From positions 3,450 to 67,449 of the IMG/VR virus record IMGVR_UViG_2896028454_000001: a DNA stretch of 64,000 nucleotides, one strand, 5' to 3'. Both the position numbers and the translations under genes were made by a program. Of the stretch, positions 27,253 to 36,823 are shown one piece after another. How positions within the stretch are numbered: position 1 is the first letter of the stretch; every line of letters starts with the position of its first letter. Source of the stretch: a virus (Duplodnaviria > Heunggongvirae > Uroviricota > Caudoviricetes). Under the pieces are notes generated by a model that ran no database searches, had not been told where the DNA came from, and saw only the letters and a list, made by a program, of their open reading frames with translations.

Positions 27253-27810
27253 ATGACCCCCACCCGTGTGACCCTCGCCCCCGTGGCGGTGACCGCCATC
27301 CAGTACGACGGCATCAACACCCCCTCCGTGGATCAGATCCGCGCCCTGGTCGAAGCATCCACCGACCGGCGACCCGCTTTCCTGCCCGACACCCACGTTG
27401 AGCAGGCCCGCGTCTACCTGGCGGAACAGCGGGCGTGGGTGGCCCTGTACGCGGGGCACTGGGTGGTCGAGCTGCCGTCCGGGGCGTTGGTGGTGCTGTC
27501 CTCGGAGGCGCTGGCCAGCATCCGCCCCGCCGCCACTTCCTACGACCAGTACGACCACATCCGTCCCGGCCGCCTGTTCGCCGACCTGGACCGCCGATCG
27601 TCCACGGTCCTCAAGGTGCAGGGGTACGTGGACCCGGCCACCGGCATGGTGCGGGTGTCGGACGTGCACGGGAAGCGGGAGCGGCCGATCAAGGCGTCGT
27701 CGCTGCGCCCGTCCGCGACCAAGCCGAACGGTGACCGGTACCGGTCCGGGTTCGCGCTGGTCGAGCGTCTTCCCGCCCGCGCCCGGCTCACCGGAAAGGA
27801 CCAGACCTGA
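27253..27810 (+). CDS. Hypothetical protein (185 aa)
   Basis: ORF, balanced composition. Confidence 0.5.
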   Translation: MTPTRVTLAPVAVTAIQYDGINTPSVDQIRALVEASTDRRPAFLPDTHVEQARVYLAEQRAWVALYAGHWVVELPSGALVVLSSEALASIRPAATSYDQYDHIRPGRLFADLDRRSSTVLKVQGYVDPATGMVRVSDVHGKRERPIKASSLRPSATKPNGDRYRSGFALVERLPARARLTGKDQT

Positions 27811-28106
27811 TGGCGTTCAAGACCGTCACCTTCGCCGCGATCCTGTGCGACAACACCCGGTGCCCCAACCACGTCGAGGAGCTGATCACCGAGGACGAAA
27901 CCCGGGACTGGCCCACCCGACTGGACCCGTCGTTCCACCGGTACCTCACCTCGGAAGGGTGGTTCATCTCCCGGGACCACACGGTGTGCCCCGACCACGC
28001 CCAGGAGGTGGAGGCCGCGGCGGTGGCGGAGATGCAGGCCCGGTTGGACCGGGAAGCGGTGGAAGCCACCCACGAGCCGCTGTTCGACTTGGAGGTTCAC
28101 GTCTGA
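27810..28106 (+). CDS. Hypothetical protein (98 aa), Cys-containing
   Basis: ATGA overlap. CDNTRCPNH...CPDH. Confidence 0.45.
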   Translation: MAFKTVTFAAILCDNTRCPNHVEELITEDETRDWPTRLDPSFHRYLTSEGWFISRDHTVCPDHAQEVEAAAVAEMQARLDREAVEATHEPLFDLEVHV

Positions 28107-28546
28107 TGGGGAAGATGACCGACGAACAGTGGGCTGCCCGGCAGGCCCAGGGGGAGGCTGAGCGGGACATCATCCGCCGTGCCGCCCGTCGTCTCCGCGA
28201 ACTGGCGGCCGGGGCCCCCGAAGGCCCGTACACCCTCGACCCGCACACCCAGCCCGATGGTGGCCGGTGGCTGTTGGGACCGGACGGAGACCCCATCGCC
28301 ACCGTGAACTGGTGGTCCGGCGGGGTGGTGGACGGCACCGGGAGCGCCGACCAGACCGGCCGCCACCTCGCGGTGTGGGGCCGGGAGGCCGCGACCGTAA
28401 CCGCCGCCCTGCTGGAAGGGCTTGACGTGGGGATGGGCATGTGGGCGCCGTTCCACGACCATGAGCACGGTTACGCCCCGTGGGCCTCCGCTTTGGCTCT
28501 GTCCCGCCGCATCCTCAGCGAACCCCAGGAGACCCCCGGTGTCTGA
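28106..28546 (+). CDS. Hypothetical protein (146 aa)
   Basis: ATGA overlap. Confidence 0.5.
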   Translation: MGKMTDEQWAARQAQGEAERDIIRRAARRLRELAAGAPEGPYTLDPHTQPDGGRWLLGPDGDPIATVNWWSGGVVDGTGSADQTGRHLAVWGREAATVTAALLEGLDVGMGMWAPFHDHEHGYAPWASALALSRRILSEPQETPGV

Positions 28547-29033
28547 CCGTCTGTGCCCGACCCACCCTGACAGCTACCGGGTGGGTGGGATGTGCCCGCT
28601 GTGCCCGATCCCGTACACCCCCACCACTCTGGCCGCTGAGCCTGCCGTGTGCCGGTCGCCCCGGTGCCCCCGGCCGGGGGTCAACAGCGCCGGGTACTGC
28701 TGTGCCGGGTGTGCCCGCTCGGATCGGTTCGGCGGGAGCCGGTTGCACGGGGTCCGGTGCGAGGAGGCCAACCCCGGGGTGGAGGAGACCACCGGCCGGT
28801 CCCTCCGCGACCGTGCCGTGGCCGCCGCCCTCACCATCCCCATCCGCCTCGGACCCGCCACCATCCGCAACGCCCAGGCCGGGCACACCACCACCCGCCT
28901 GTCCGGTGGGGAAGCTGACGATGTTGTTGCCGCGGTGGCAGAGGTCTTCCTCCAAGCGGTCGCGGACGAGCCCGGCATCCCCGACTACGCCCACGAGGCT
29001 CTGGCGCGGGCGCTGCGAGGAGATGACGACTGA
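28539..29033 (+). CDS. Cys-rich hypothetical protein
   Basis: CPTHPDSYRVGGMCPLCP...CRSPRCPRPG...GYCCAGCARS. Confidence 0.45.
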   Translation: MSDRLCPTHPDSYRVGGMCPLCPIPYTPTTLAAEPAVCRSPRCPRPGVNSAGYCCAGCARSDRFGGSRLHGVRCEEANPGVEETTGRSLRDRAVAAALTIPIRLGPATIRNAQAGHTTTRLSGGEADDVVAAVAEVFLQAVADEPGIPDYAHEALARALRGDDD

Positions 29034-30250
29034 TGGACCTGCGAGACCGGATCGCCGAGCAGGACCAGGAGATCAAAGCCCAGGCCGCCCGCATCCGCGC
29101 GTTGGAGGCTGAGCTGGCCATCGCCCAGGCCGCCGGGGCCGACCCCGACGACACCCTGTTGACCGGTATCGGTGGTGGCCCGGGGGAGACCACGGTCCAT
29201 CTCCGCCCTCCGGAGAAGCTGATGCGCGCCATCATCGCGTCCCTGATCGCCAAGCTCGACAGCGCACCCAACTACGTGGAGATCGAAGCCGCCCACCCCG
29301 CCTATCCGGGCCGGTACACGGTGACGGTCCAACGCGCGGAAGGGAAGTCCCCCCACACTCTCCGCATGGAAGCCGAGGAACGGGCCCGTACTGCCCGGGA
29401 GGACGGCCGCCGGGAAGGCATGGCTGAACTCGTCGCGCACCTGGAGGACGTGGCCGCCGAAGCCCGCACCGGCCGGGACGCCGGATACCCCGAAGAAGCA
29501 GCGGGGATGGGCCCCACCCGGTGGTGTCTGGTCACGGACCGGTCCCACCAGCTCGCCCGCAGGTACGCGGACGGGAAGGGGGTCTCGGTGCCGGACGCGA
29601 CCGCCCGCGCCCAAGAGGTGGAGGCGGAGCTACGCCGGGAGCAGGGCCGCCATGCCTCCGAAGTGCTCGGCCTGAAAGCTCAGATGGCCGGGCACCTGAT
29701 CGCCGCCCGCGAAGAGCAGACCGAACTCCTGGCCGCCGCCCGCCGCCGGGAACTCGCCCTCGTGGACAGGTTGCGCCGCCGCGGCGAACACCTCCACACC
29801 CTGAAGGCCAACACCCGGGAAGCCGAGCCCGCACCGGCCGCCCCTGCCGCCACCGACGCGAAGGAAAGGACCATGCAGACCCCCGCCGACCCCGAGCTTT
29901 ACATCGACACCATCGCCGACACCCTCAGGAAGGCAGGCGCCGCCATCGCTGACTGCTGGGCACAGAAGGACGCCGCTCTCAACGACGACGGCGACCTGAT
30001 GTGGGAAGGGTTCATCGGTTTCAAGTTCGACGCTGACGACCCCGACGAACACCCGGACGAGGTGGGGTTCGCGTGGAATCAGCGTGACGGGTGGCAGCAC
30101 CTGACCGGGCCGCGCACGGACTTCGGCCCGTTCAACAACATCCGCGACATGGGCTTGGCCGTGGACGCCCCCGTGAATGAGGTGGTGTCCGCCATCCTCA
30201 CCGCGCTCGGTGTGGACGACCCGGCCGGAACCGTACCCCTCCTCCTCTGA
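29033..30250 (+). CDS. Hypothetical coiled-coil protein (405 aa)
   Basis: N-terminal heptad-like IAEQDQEIKAQAARIRALEAELAIAQAA. Confidence 0.55.
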   Translation: MDLRDRIAEQDQEIKAQAARIRALEAELAIAQAAGADPDDTLLTGIGGGPGETTVHLRPPEKLMRAIIASLIAKLDSAPNYVEIEAAHPAYPGRYTVTVQRAEGKSPHTLRMEAEERARTAREDGRREGMAELVAHLEDVAAEARTGRDAGYPEEAAGMGPTRWCLVTDRSHQLARRYADGKGVSVPDATARAQEVEAELRREQGRHASEVLGLKAQMAGHLIAAREEQTELLAAARRRELALVDRLRRRGEHLHTLKANTREAEPAPAAPAATDAKERTMQTPADPELYIDTIADTLRKAGAAIADCWAQKDAALNDDGDLMWEGFIGFKFDADDPDEHPDEVGFAWNQRDGWQHLTGPRTDFGPFNNIRDMGLAVDAPVNEVVSAILTALGVDDPAGTVPLLL

Positions 30251-30295
30251 CGCCTTCGCCTGGGGTGCTTGGTTGGCGCCCCGGGCTCACCACAA

Positions 30296-30967
30296 TCACA
30301 AGTAAGTGATAGGACCATGCGGCCAAGGAACCGTCGCGAGCGGGTTGCGGCGTTCCCGCACCCACCGGCCCTGGGTGCGTACCAGCCTGTACCGCCACCA
30401 CCCTTCGCCTTCTCGTCGCCTTGGACGCAAGCTCCGCCAGTACCAACGCCAGTGCTGGTGCTCCCGGTACCTGCGCAAGCTGATCCGCTCACCGTGTTCA
30501 CGTAGAGGTCGCAGCGTTGTCCACACCACTTCCAGGTACGGTTCCTCCTTTTGTTCCTCCAACGACGGCACCTGGCAGTTGATCTCCAACGGATCGCCCC
30601 CTGGCATCATCATCGACTGGGTGACGCTTCGGATTCCTTCCGGTGCTTCTACGTGGTACACCCCGACCGGGCGTAGCCGAACATCACGAGCCGGGATGTC
30701 TCCTTCGCAGAACACCTTGATCGTCATGCCGTAGGGGTCTTTCTCGTGGTCTACCTTCTGGGCTCTTCCACCCTTGGGTGGCGTGCTCCACCGGTCCCGG
30801 CTGATGCTGAACCGCCAGGTGTGCCCTGGTCGGTCTAACCACTCCCACCGGGCGACGGTGACGGCTGCGACTGCCGCGATGGCGGAGAAGACCAGCGCGC
30901 TGATGTTGACGGTGTCCATGCCCACGAACGTAGTGGCGGGGGTGGACATTCGGGCGGGATCGGGCAT
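30296..30967 (-). CDS. Membrane-anchored hypothetical protein encoded in a low-GC island (insert of apparent foreign origin)
   Basis: Only sizeable minus-strand ORF in a region of about 55-58% GC. N-terminal TM ISALVFSAIAAVAAVTVA. True start and extent uncertain. Confidence 0.4.
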   Translation of the reverse strand: MPDPARMSTPATTFVGMDTVNISALVFSAIAAVAAVTVARWEWLDRPGHTWRFSISRDRWSTPPKGGRAQKVDHEKDPYGMTIKVFCEGDIPARDVRLRPVGVYHVEAPEGIRSVTQSMMMPGGDPLEINCQVPSLEEQKEEPYLEVVWTTLRPLREHGERISLRRYREHQHWRWYWRSLRPRRREGEGWWRYRLVRTQGRWVRERRNPLATVPWPHGPITYL

Positions 30968-31201
30968 CTGGTTGCGCCTGGGGCGGGCACGCTAACCGGG
31001 AAACATGGTGTGACCTGCGAAAAGGGTCAACCTGTCCAGGTCGGGTGGAACAATCGAACGCATGAGCGAAACACCCCCTGGGAACAGCCGGATCACACCC
31101 GGCCCACCCCCCACACGGGTACCCCACCGGTCGGGTTCTGTGGACCGTGCTGCCCGTGTTCACCGCGTCCGCGATCATGCACCCCAACCGGGGGTGTGAC
31201 C

Positions 31202-31363
31202 ATGGCCCCCACCACGGACCGGCGAGACCTCATCGCCACCAACATCACCACGTTCGGGATCGGCCTCACCATCGCGGCGATCTTCATGCAGGCGTGGCCT
31301 TCGTTCCTGCTGGCCCTCTTCTTCTTCGCCGTGGCGACCGTCGTGCACTGGCGAGGCCGCTGA
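31202..31363 (+). CDS. Small 2-TM membrane protein
   Basis: MAPTTDRRDLIATNITTFGIGLTIAAIFMQAWPSFLLALFFFAVATVVHW. Confidence 0.3.
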   Translation: MAPTTDRRDLIATNITTFGIGLTIAAIFMQAWPSFLLALFFFAVATVVHWRGR

Positions 31364-31620
31364 TGGGTCTGCTCATCCTCACCGTCCTGGCCCTGGCCGG
31401 GGTTGTTGTCGGGCTCGCGGTGTGGGGCCACCACACCAGCCGCACCCGCGACCGCGCGAAGCTCCGCGACCTCAAAGCCGGTGACATCGAACGCCGCGCC
31501 GCCCTCCGCCTCCTCGCGACCATCCGCAACCACGCCTCCACCGCCGACCAGGCCGGCAACCCCCTCGGCGGGGAGATCACCCACCTCATCGACGCGTTCC
31601 ACCGCGACCCCTCCCACTAG
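31363..31620 (+). CDS. Small membrane protein (N-terminal TM)
   Basis: MGLLILTVLALAGVVVGLAVWG... Confidence 0.4.
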   Translation: MGLLILTVLALAGVVVGLAVWGHHTSRTRDRAKLRDLKAGDIERRAALRLLATIRNHASTADQAGNPLGGEITHLIDAFHRDPSH

Positions 31621-31634
31621 GAAGACCACCCCTG

Positions 31635-32519
31635 ATGACCGTTCGCCGCACCACCACCATCGTTGCTGCCGTTGCTCTCGCGCTCGGCCTCACCGCGTGC
31701 ACCACCAGCGTCGAACCCGACGAACTCGGCATCGAGTATGACGCCGGTCTGTTCTCCTCCACCACGTTCGACGGGTGCGTGAACTCCGGGACCCGCGTCT
31801 ACTACGGGCCGGGCGACGACGTCGTGAAGTACCCCGGCGGGCAGCGCACGTTCGCGTTCAACAACTCGGAGGACAACCCCGGGGAGATGGGCGCGGAGAC
31901 CGTCGTCACCCAGGACGGCATGGAGATGACCGTGTCCGGGGTCGCGACGTTCCAGCTGAACCCGGACTGTGGCACCCTCCAGCAGTTCCACGAGGCGATC
32001 GGCCGCAAGTACGACGCCCACAAGACGGAGGGGTGGGAGCGGATGCTGAAGGCTTACGTCGGTGAGCCGCTGAGGCGGGCCCTGGACGACGCCTCCACCG
32101 AGTTCGAGTGGCGGGACCTGTACACCTCGGACGAGGCCAAGGCGGAGTGGGAGACCCGTGTTGGGGAGCTGCTGAAGGTCTACGTCGCGGAGATGGGAGG
32201 CGGCGACTTCTTCATCGGCGCCACGTACACCGGCGGGGAGGACGAGGACCCGGGGTCGCCGACCCTCACCCTTCAGCGGCCGGTCCCGCCCGGCAACGTG
32301 CGCGAGGCGATGACGGAGGCGCACCGGATCGCGCAGGAGATCGAGAACACCGAGTCGGCGGCGGAGCTGGCGGAGAAGGAGGCGGAGGCGATCGCTCCGC
32401 TGGTGGATCTGCTCGGCGCGGACGCTTACGTGCTGTGGGAGGCGATCAAGGCTGGTGACGTGGACGTGGTCGCGATCAGCCCGGGTGCGGGTGTGGGTGT
32501 GACCCCGGGGCGGGACTGA
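31635..32519 (+). CDS. Lipoprotein, possibly SPFH/band-7-like
   Basis: Signal peptide with lipobox LALGLTAC. Central region with SPFH-like composition. Confidence 0.45.
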   Translation: MTVRRTTTIVAAVALALGLTACTTSVEPDELGIEYDAGLFSSTTFDGCVNSGTRVYYGPGDDVVKYPGGQRTFAFNNSEDNPGEMGAETVVTQDGMEMTVSGVATFQLNPDCGTLQQFHEAIGRKYDAHKTEGWERMLKAYVGEPLRRALDDASTEFEWRDLYTSDEAKAEWETRVGELLKVYVAEMGGGDFFIGATYTGGEDEDPGSPTLTLQRPVPPGNVREAMTEAHRIAQEIENTESAAELAEKEAEAIAPLVDLLGADAYVLWEAIKAGDVDVVAISPGAGVGVTPGRD

Positions 32520-33112
32520 TGGGCCACGTGGTGGTGACCAACCCGCAGATGGTGTCGGTGTTGCAGCAGGCCATCCTCAACGCCGACGCCACCGCGCGGA
32601 CGTTCCGCCCGGGGTGGGGGTGGGTTGGCCCCCGCACTGCGAAGGCCCTGTTCCCGTACCGGTGGGGCCCCGACTTCGATCGGATGCTGGCCGAGACGGT
32701 GGGGGTGTGCTCCACCTGTTGGACCGTGTTCTGCCGCCAGTACGACATGGGATGCAGGCTGGCCCGGCTGTTCGGCTACAACGCCCGGACCCGCGCGTTG
32801 CGCACCGCTCACGTGGAGCCCGGCGTGTACCGGCCCTACCGTCCTGGCCGCTCGGATCTGACCCCACCCGAACCCGGAACCGAACCCGCTGGGTCGGAGC
32901 CGGGGTGTGACCGGTGCGGGGCGCTCGAACACCTGGGGTGGTGCATCGACGTGGAGGGCCGAACGTCCCGGCTGTGCCCCACCCACCTGCTGGCGGAGAA
33001 GGAACGCGCCTACGCCCGCCGCATGGCCGAACTGGGGGTGCGCACCGACATCCGCCGGTTCATCTCCACCCTCCCCCCGCACGCCTACTGGCACCTGCCC
33101 GACATCTGCTAG
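32519..33112 (+). CDS. Hypothetical protein (197 aa)
   Basis: ATGA overlap. CDRCG...C motif. Confidence 0.5.
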   Translation: MGHVVVTNPQMVSVLQQAILNADATARTFRPGWGWVGPRTAKALFPYRWGPDFDRMLAETVGVCSTCWTVFCRQYDMGCRLARLFGYNARTRALRTAHVEPGVYRPYRPGRSDLTPPEPGTEPAGSEPGCDRCGALEHLGWCIDVEGRTSRLCPTHLLAEKERAYARRMAELGVRTDIRRFISTLPPHAYWHLPDIC

Positions 33113-33122
33113 GAGCACCGCG

Positions 33123-33512
33123 TTGAGAGTCCGCTACCAGTGCCCCATCGACTCATGCCCGTGGACACACACCGAGGACCACAGTCCGCACACGGTGGCC
33201 ATGGTCAACCTGCTGGCGTCCACCTCGAACACGTACCGGATGGTCGAGTTCGAGCTGGCGGCCCACCTCGGCACCCACAACCTCCGCGAGTGGGCGCGAG
33301 AGGTGGCCCGCCTGAAGAAGGAACTCCGGGAAGCCCGGAAGGAGCGCACGTTCGCTGGGTTCCGCCTGGAGACCAGCGACCAGATCCCGCCCGGCGCCGT
33401 GCTCGTGCTCCCCCCGCCCGTCCCGGCCGCCCACCAGGACCCCGGCGCCGAGTACGTGAACGGCCGGCCGGTGTCCGGGATGGCCGTGATCAAGGTCGGT
33501 GAGCCCCAGTGA
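33123..33512 (+). CDS. Hypothetical protein (TTG start)
   Basis: AGGAG RBS 7 nt upstream of the TTG. Confidence 0.4.
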   Translation: MRVRYQCPIDSCPWTHTEDHSPHTVAMVNLLASTSNTYRMVEFELAAHLGTHNLREWAREVARLKKELREARKERTFAGFRLETSDQIPPGAVLVLPPPVPAAHQDPGAEYVNGRPVSGMAVIKVGEPQ

Positions 33513-33922
33513 CCCCCCGCCCCTGCATCATCCCCGCCTGCACCTGGACCCCATCCCCGCGCACACCCCGGACGGACACCTTGGAGGCCCGCGCCACCGC
33601 GCACATCCTCACCGACCTCGACAGGATCGCCCACCAACTCACCCACGACCGGGACGAGTACGCGAACGCGGTCCTCCGCGCCGCCCCCGCCCCGGTTGTG
33701 GACACCGACCAGGCCAGCAACCCCCTGTTGTTCGTGTGCCCGCTCGGTGGCTGCGCCTGGAACCACCAGGTGGACACCGCCGACCGGGGGTGGTGGCGGT
33801 CGCTGCTCACTGGGGACACGTTGGCGCATGTCGAGCGTGGCCACCGCCGGTACCGGGCCCATGTGTCCGGGCACCTGCGCAGCGAACTCGCCGGGTACCT
33901 GCGCGCCCACGCCACCCGCTAA
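33509..33922 (+). CDS. Hypothetical protein (137 aa)
   Basis: GTGA overlap. Confidence 0.45.
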   Translation: MTPRPCIIPACTWTPSPRTPRTDTLEARATAHILTDLDRIAHQLTHDRDEYANAVLRAAPAPVVDTDQASNPLLFVCPLGGCAWNHQVDTADRGWWRSLLTGDTLAHVERGHRRYRAHVSGHLRSELAGYLRAHATR

Positions 33923-33964
33923 CCCCCTGCTGCCCTTCACCCCGCACACCTGGAAGACCCCGCC

Positions 33965-34261
33965 ATGCCCTACGTGATCCGCCCCCGCCCCCTGCCTGCC
34001 CACCTCCACACCGACTGGTTGCACACCGTGTACGACGTCACCGAACCCGGCACGACCAAACCGGTGCCCTTCGGGGTGCACACCAGCCCGGGGCGGGCGC
34101 TCGCCCACCGGGACTGGTTGGGCAAGCAGGCCGCGGCTGCCCGGGAGGTCGAAGAGCGGGAGGCGGAGGAGGAGCTGGCGAAGGTTCGGGCTCGGGTCAA
34201 GGCGAGGGACCGCCAGGAAGCCGAGCAGGCCGCGGAGACGAAGGAGACGAAGACCCCGTGA
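33965..34261 (+). CDS. Hypothetical protein (98 aa)
   Basis: ORF. K/E-rich C-terminus. Confidence 0.45.
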   Translation: MPYVIRPRPLPAHLHTDWLHTVYDVTEPGTTKPVPFGVHTSPGRALAHRDWLGKQAAAAREVEEREAEEELAKVRARVKARDRQEAEQAAETKETKTP

Positions 34262-34971
34262 CCGTCACCCTGTACCCGTGCGGGCGCGGCCACCGCTGCG
34301 TCCAAGCCTCGATCGACCCCGACACCCGCGAACGCCACCCGGCCCGCACCCCGCACACGTTCTGCGACACCGACGCCGAGCACATCGCCCAGACCATCCG
34401 GGACCTACCCGTGGTGTACCGCGAACTCCGCGAGGTGTACGGCGACCAACCCCAGGGCGCCGCCGATGACGTGCGCGTGCACACCTCGAAGGTCGACCCG
34501 TCCATCCCTGTCCGTGAGGACCTGGACGCCCTGTTGACCGAGATCGAGACGACCGTGTTCGCCTACGAGGACCGTGTCCGCCAGGTCCTCGGCATGGGCC
34601 CGGCCCCCCGGGTGTCGTGGGCGCACCGGGCGGCCCGGGTTGAGCAGGCGTGCACCCTGTTGGCCGGACGGGTGGTGGTCCTCACCGACCTGCCCATGGA
34701 GTGGATGGCCATCGACGGGTCGCACGACGAACGCGGTGGTTTGGATGCCGGGCTGGACCTGCTCGATGTGCACCGGCGGGCGGACCGGGCCGGGGGGAAG
34801 CAACCGGCCCGGTATGTGGTGCCGGTGGTGTGCCCGGCCTGCCATCTCCCTGCGGGGGTGACCCGTGAGGCGGGGAAGGACGGGGCCACCTGTATGTGCG
34901 GGTACGTGATCGGTGAGGACGAGTACCGGAAGCTCACCGCTGAGCTGGCCGACGTGGCGAAGGCGGTGTGA
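34258..34971 (+). CDS. Hypothetical protein (237 aa)
   Basis: GTGA overlap. Cys cluster CPACH...CMCG. Confidence 0.5.
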   Translation: MTVTLYPCGRGHRCVQASIDPDTRERHPARTPHTFCDTDAEHIAQTIRDLPVVYRELREVYGDQPQGAADDVRVHTSKVDPSIPVREDLDALLTEIETTVFAYEDRVRQVLGMGPAPRVSWAHRAARVEQACTLLAGRVVVLTDLPMEWMAIDGSHDERGGLDAGLDLLDVHRRADRAGGKQPARYVVPVVCPACHLPAGVTREAGKDGATCMCGYVIGEDEYRKLTAELADVAKAV

Positions 34972-35447
34972 CAGTGGCCTGGTGCGGGGCGCGGGCGGTG
35001 TTCTGGCCGGAGGCGGAGGCGTGCGACGCCGTGTGTGGTTTGACGGTGCACGAGAGTACGGTCCACAGAGATCATGCGTTGGGCGAATGGGATGAGGCTG
35101 ATCTGGTGACCGTTCATGGGGAAGAGAGTGCGATGGATGATCTGGTGGTGTGGTTGCGCAGCGTCTTGGACGCTGACGGGAAGGCCGCAGGGGTGTTCCG
35201 CAGGGTGTCCTTGTGGACTGAAGCTGAAGCTGATGTTGACACTGATGAGGCCCGTGAGCGCTACCTGAAGATGGTGACTCCTGAACAGGCCCTTGCGGAT
35301 ATCGCAGCGAAGCGGGCCGTGCTCGACCTGTGGGACCTTGCCCGGCTCTCTCCTCACAGCGAGTCTTACGGGGCCCTCACTGAGGCTGTGCGTGCCATCG
35401 CGGGCGGGTACCGGCACCGGCCCGGATGGAATCCCGCGTGGGGGTGA
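34968..35447 (+). CDS. Hypothetical protein (159 aa)
   Basis: GTGA overlap. Confidence 0.5.
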   Translation: MTVAWCGARAVFWPEAEACDAVCGLTVHESTVHRDHALGEWDEADLVTVHGEESAMDDLVVWLRSVLDADGKAAGVFRRVSLWTEAEADVDTDEARERYLKMVTPEQALADIAAKRAVLDLWDLARLSPHSESYGALTEAVRAIAGGYRHRPGWNPAWG

Positions 35448-35809
35448 CCGGGCCCATCCCGGGGGAGTGGCTGGACGCGGCGTACTACGACCGCACCCGG
35501 GAACAACAAGCCGCGGTCGCCGACGTCCAGGAACAGCTTGGAGTGTGGCCGCCGGACGGGTTGCCGGGCCCGGCCACCTGGGCGGCGTGCCAGGAGCATC
35601 CGGCCGGCGTCCGGTTGGCGGCCAGGATCACGGGCATCCTCACCGGGGCGTGCGCGCACGACGGGGCGGTGCCGGTGGAGACTGTGGGGACGGTGCTGGA
35701 CCCGCCGGAAACCGTGGCGTGGCTGTGCCCTGGGTGTGATGCCCAGCTCCCCGCAGCGTGGGCGCGAGAGGCCCTCAAGAACGCTAGGGATGGAGAAGCC
35801 CCTACCTGA
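35444..35809 (+). CDS. Protein with a putative peptidoglycan-binding (PG_binding_1-like) motif
   Basis: VADVQEQLGVWPPDGLPGPATWAA resembles the PG-binding repeat. Confidence 0.4.
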   Translation: MTGPIPGEWLDAAYYDRTREQQAAVADVQEQLGVWPPDGLPGPATWAACQEHPAGVRLAARITGILTGACAHDGAVPVETVGTVLDPPETVAWLCPGCDAQLPAAWAREALKNARDGEAPT

Positions 35810-35825
35810 ACACGGTAGGGGCTTC
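35795..35825 (+). terminator. Terminator hairpin GAAGCCCCTACC-N7-GGTAGGGGCTTC
   Basis: Perfect 12-bp stem at the end of 35444..35809, before a gene-poor gap. Confidence 0.45.
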
Positions 35826-36004
35826 AGCGCGGGCCTGTAGACCACAGGCAGCCCGCTACGAGGTGCGGGGCACGGGGGTTCGCGGTGGCGAAGGTCTGAC
35901 GGGACACAACCAATCGCGAACCCTCTCTCTCGTTGGTTCATTGTACACCTGGTTGCACACCTGGCAGGAGCGAGGGGCCGGTGGTGGCACCCTCGCCTCG
36001 TAGC

Positions 36005-36238
36005 ATGGAATCCATGAGTGCTGACGTGTTCCGGGTGTCCCGGGTGGTGGGCCCTGAGGGGTCGGCTGTGGCGAAGTTGTACGGGGAGGCGGCGGGTGCG
36101 GTGTTCACCCAGGCTGAGCCGTTGGAGGTGCCTGCGGAGTGGTTGACGCGGTCGGGTGTGCCGTTGTCGGAGGTGGCTGATCGGCGGTGGGCGTTGTCGG
36201 CGGAGGGTTGGGTGCCGGTGGAGCGGGTGTCGTTTTGA
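36005..36238 (+). CDS. Hypothetical protein (77 aa)
   Basis: ATG MESMSADVF. Confidence 0.4.
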   Translation: MESMSADVFRVSRVVGPEGSAVAKLYGEAAGAVFTQAEPLEVPAEWLTRSGVPLSEVADRRWALSAEGWVPVERVSF

Positions 36239-36246
36239 GGTTGGGG

Positions 36247-36276
36247 TTGCACCACGGTTAGAGTTCGTGCTTTAAT
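36247..36276 (+). promoter_or_regulatory. Cassette promoter copy 1 (TTGCAC-N18-TTTAAT with GGTTAGAGTTCGTGC core)
   Basis: Member of the 9-copy family TTGCAM-N3-GGTTAGAGTTCGTGY-AATAAT. Confidence 0.5.
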
Positions 36277-36281
36277 TGTGT

Positions 36282-36305
36282 GTGTCGGGAAGGGAAGCCC
36301 GACAC
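36282..36305 (+). promoter_or_regulatory. 5' stem-loop, AAGGGAAG loop (GTGTCGGG/CCCGACAC stem)
   Basis: Covarying stem, invariant loop. Confidence 0.5.
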
Positions 36306-36326
36306 CAACCACCAGAAAGGCACACC

Positions 36327-36707
36327 ACCGTGAGCGAGACCATCCGCAACGAGATGCACGACAAGCTCGAAACCACCCTGACCATCATCGCCGCCGCGTT
36401 CGCCCGCGTGAACATCCGCATCGGCGACCCCACCCGCATCGACCTGGACCACGACATCCACCACTGGCAGCAGGCCGTGTGGGAGTCCACGAAGGACCTG
36501 GCCAACCTGAACACCGGCCACGCCTGGACGTCCACGATCGGCCTGGAGGACGCCGCCAGCCGGTGGGTGCACGCGGCCACCGCCTACACCGCCTACCGGC
36601 ACCTGTCGGCCGAGTTCAACGAGGGCCTGTTCTGGGAGCACATGGCGCCGTGCGAGTCCGCGCTGAGCCTCCTGGTCGACGGGGCGCGTTGGACGGTTCG
36701 GGGTTGA
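36327..36707 (+). CDS. Hypothetical protein (cassette gene 1)
   Basis: GTG after CCACCAGAAAGGCACACCACC. Confidence 0.5.
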   Translation, partial: TVSETIRNEMHDKLETTLTIIAAAFARVNIRIGDPTRIDLDHDIHHWQQAVWESTKDLANLNTGHAWTSTIGLEDAASRWVHAATAYTAYRHLSAEFNEGLFWEHMAPCESALSLLVDGARWTVRG

Positions 36708-36743
36708 TCCTGCGGGGTCCGGGTGGTTGCTCGGGCCCCAGCT

Positions 36744-36772
36744 TGCCCCCGGGTTAGAGTTCGTGTAATATT
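36744..36772 (+). promoter_or_regulatory. Cassette promoter copy 2
   Basis: TTGCCC-ccg-GGTTAGAGTTCGTGT-AATATT. Confidence 0.45.
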
Positions 36773-36776
36773 GGGG

Positions 36777-36799
36777 GTGTTGGGAGGGAAGCCCAACAC
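36777..36799 (+). promoter_or_regulatory. 5' stem-loop (GTGTTGGG-AGGGAAG-CCCAACAC)
   Basis: Same family. Confidence 0.5.
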
Positions 36800-36823
36800 C
36801 CCCGCCACGAACGGAGCACCACC

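Noticed and set aside
30306-30734. + strand ORF (142 aa) in the low-GC island
   Set aside because: Arg/Ser-rich, non-protein-like composition. The minus-strand frame has the TM segment and more plausible composition.
35444-35809. Endolysin call for the PG-binding-motif protein
   Set aside because: Only a short PG_binding_1-like segment with no catalytic domain in a 122-aa protein, and it lies in the early region rather than a lysis cassette.
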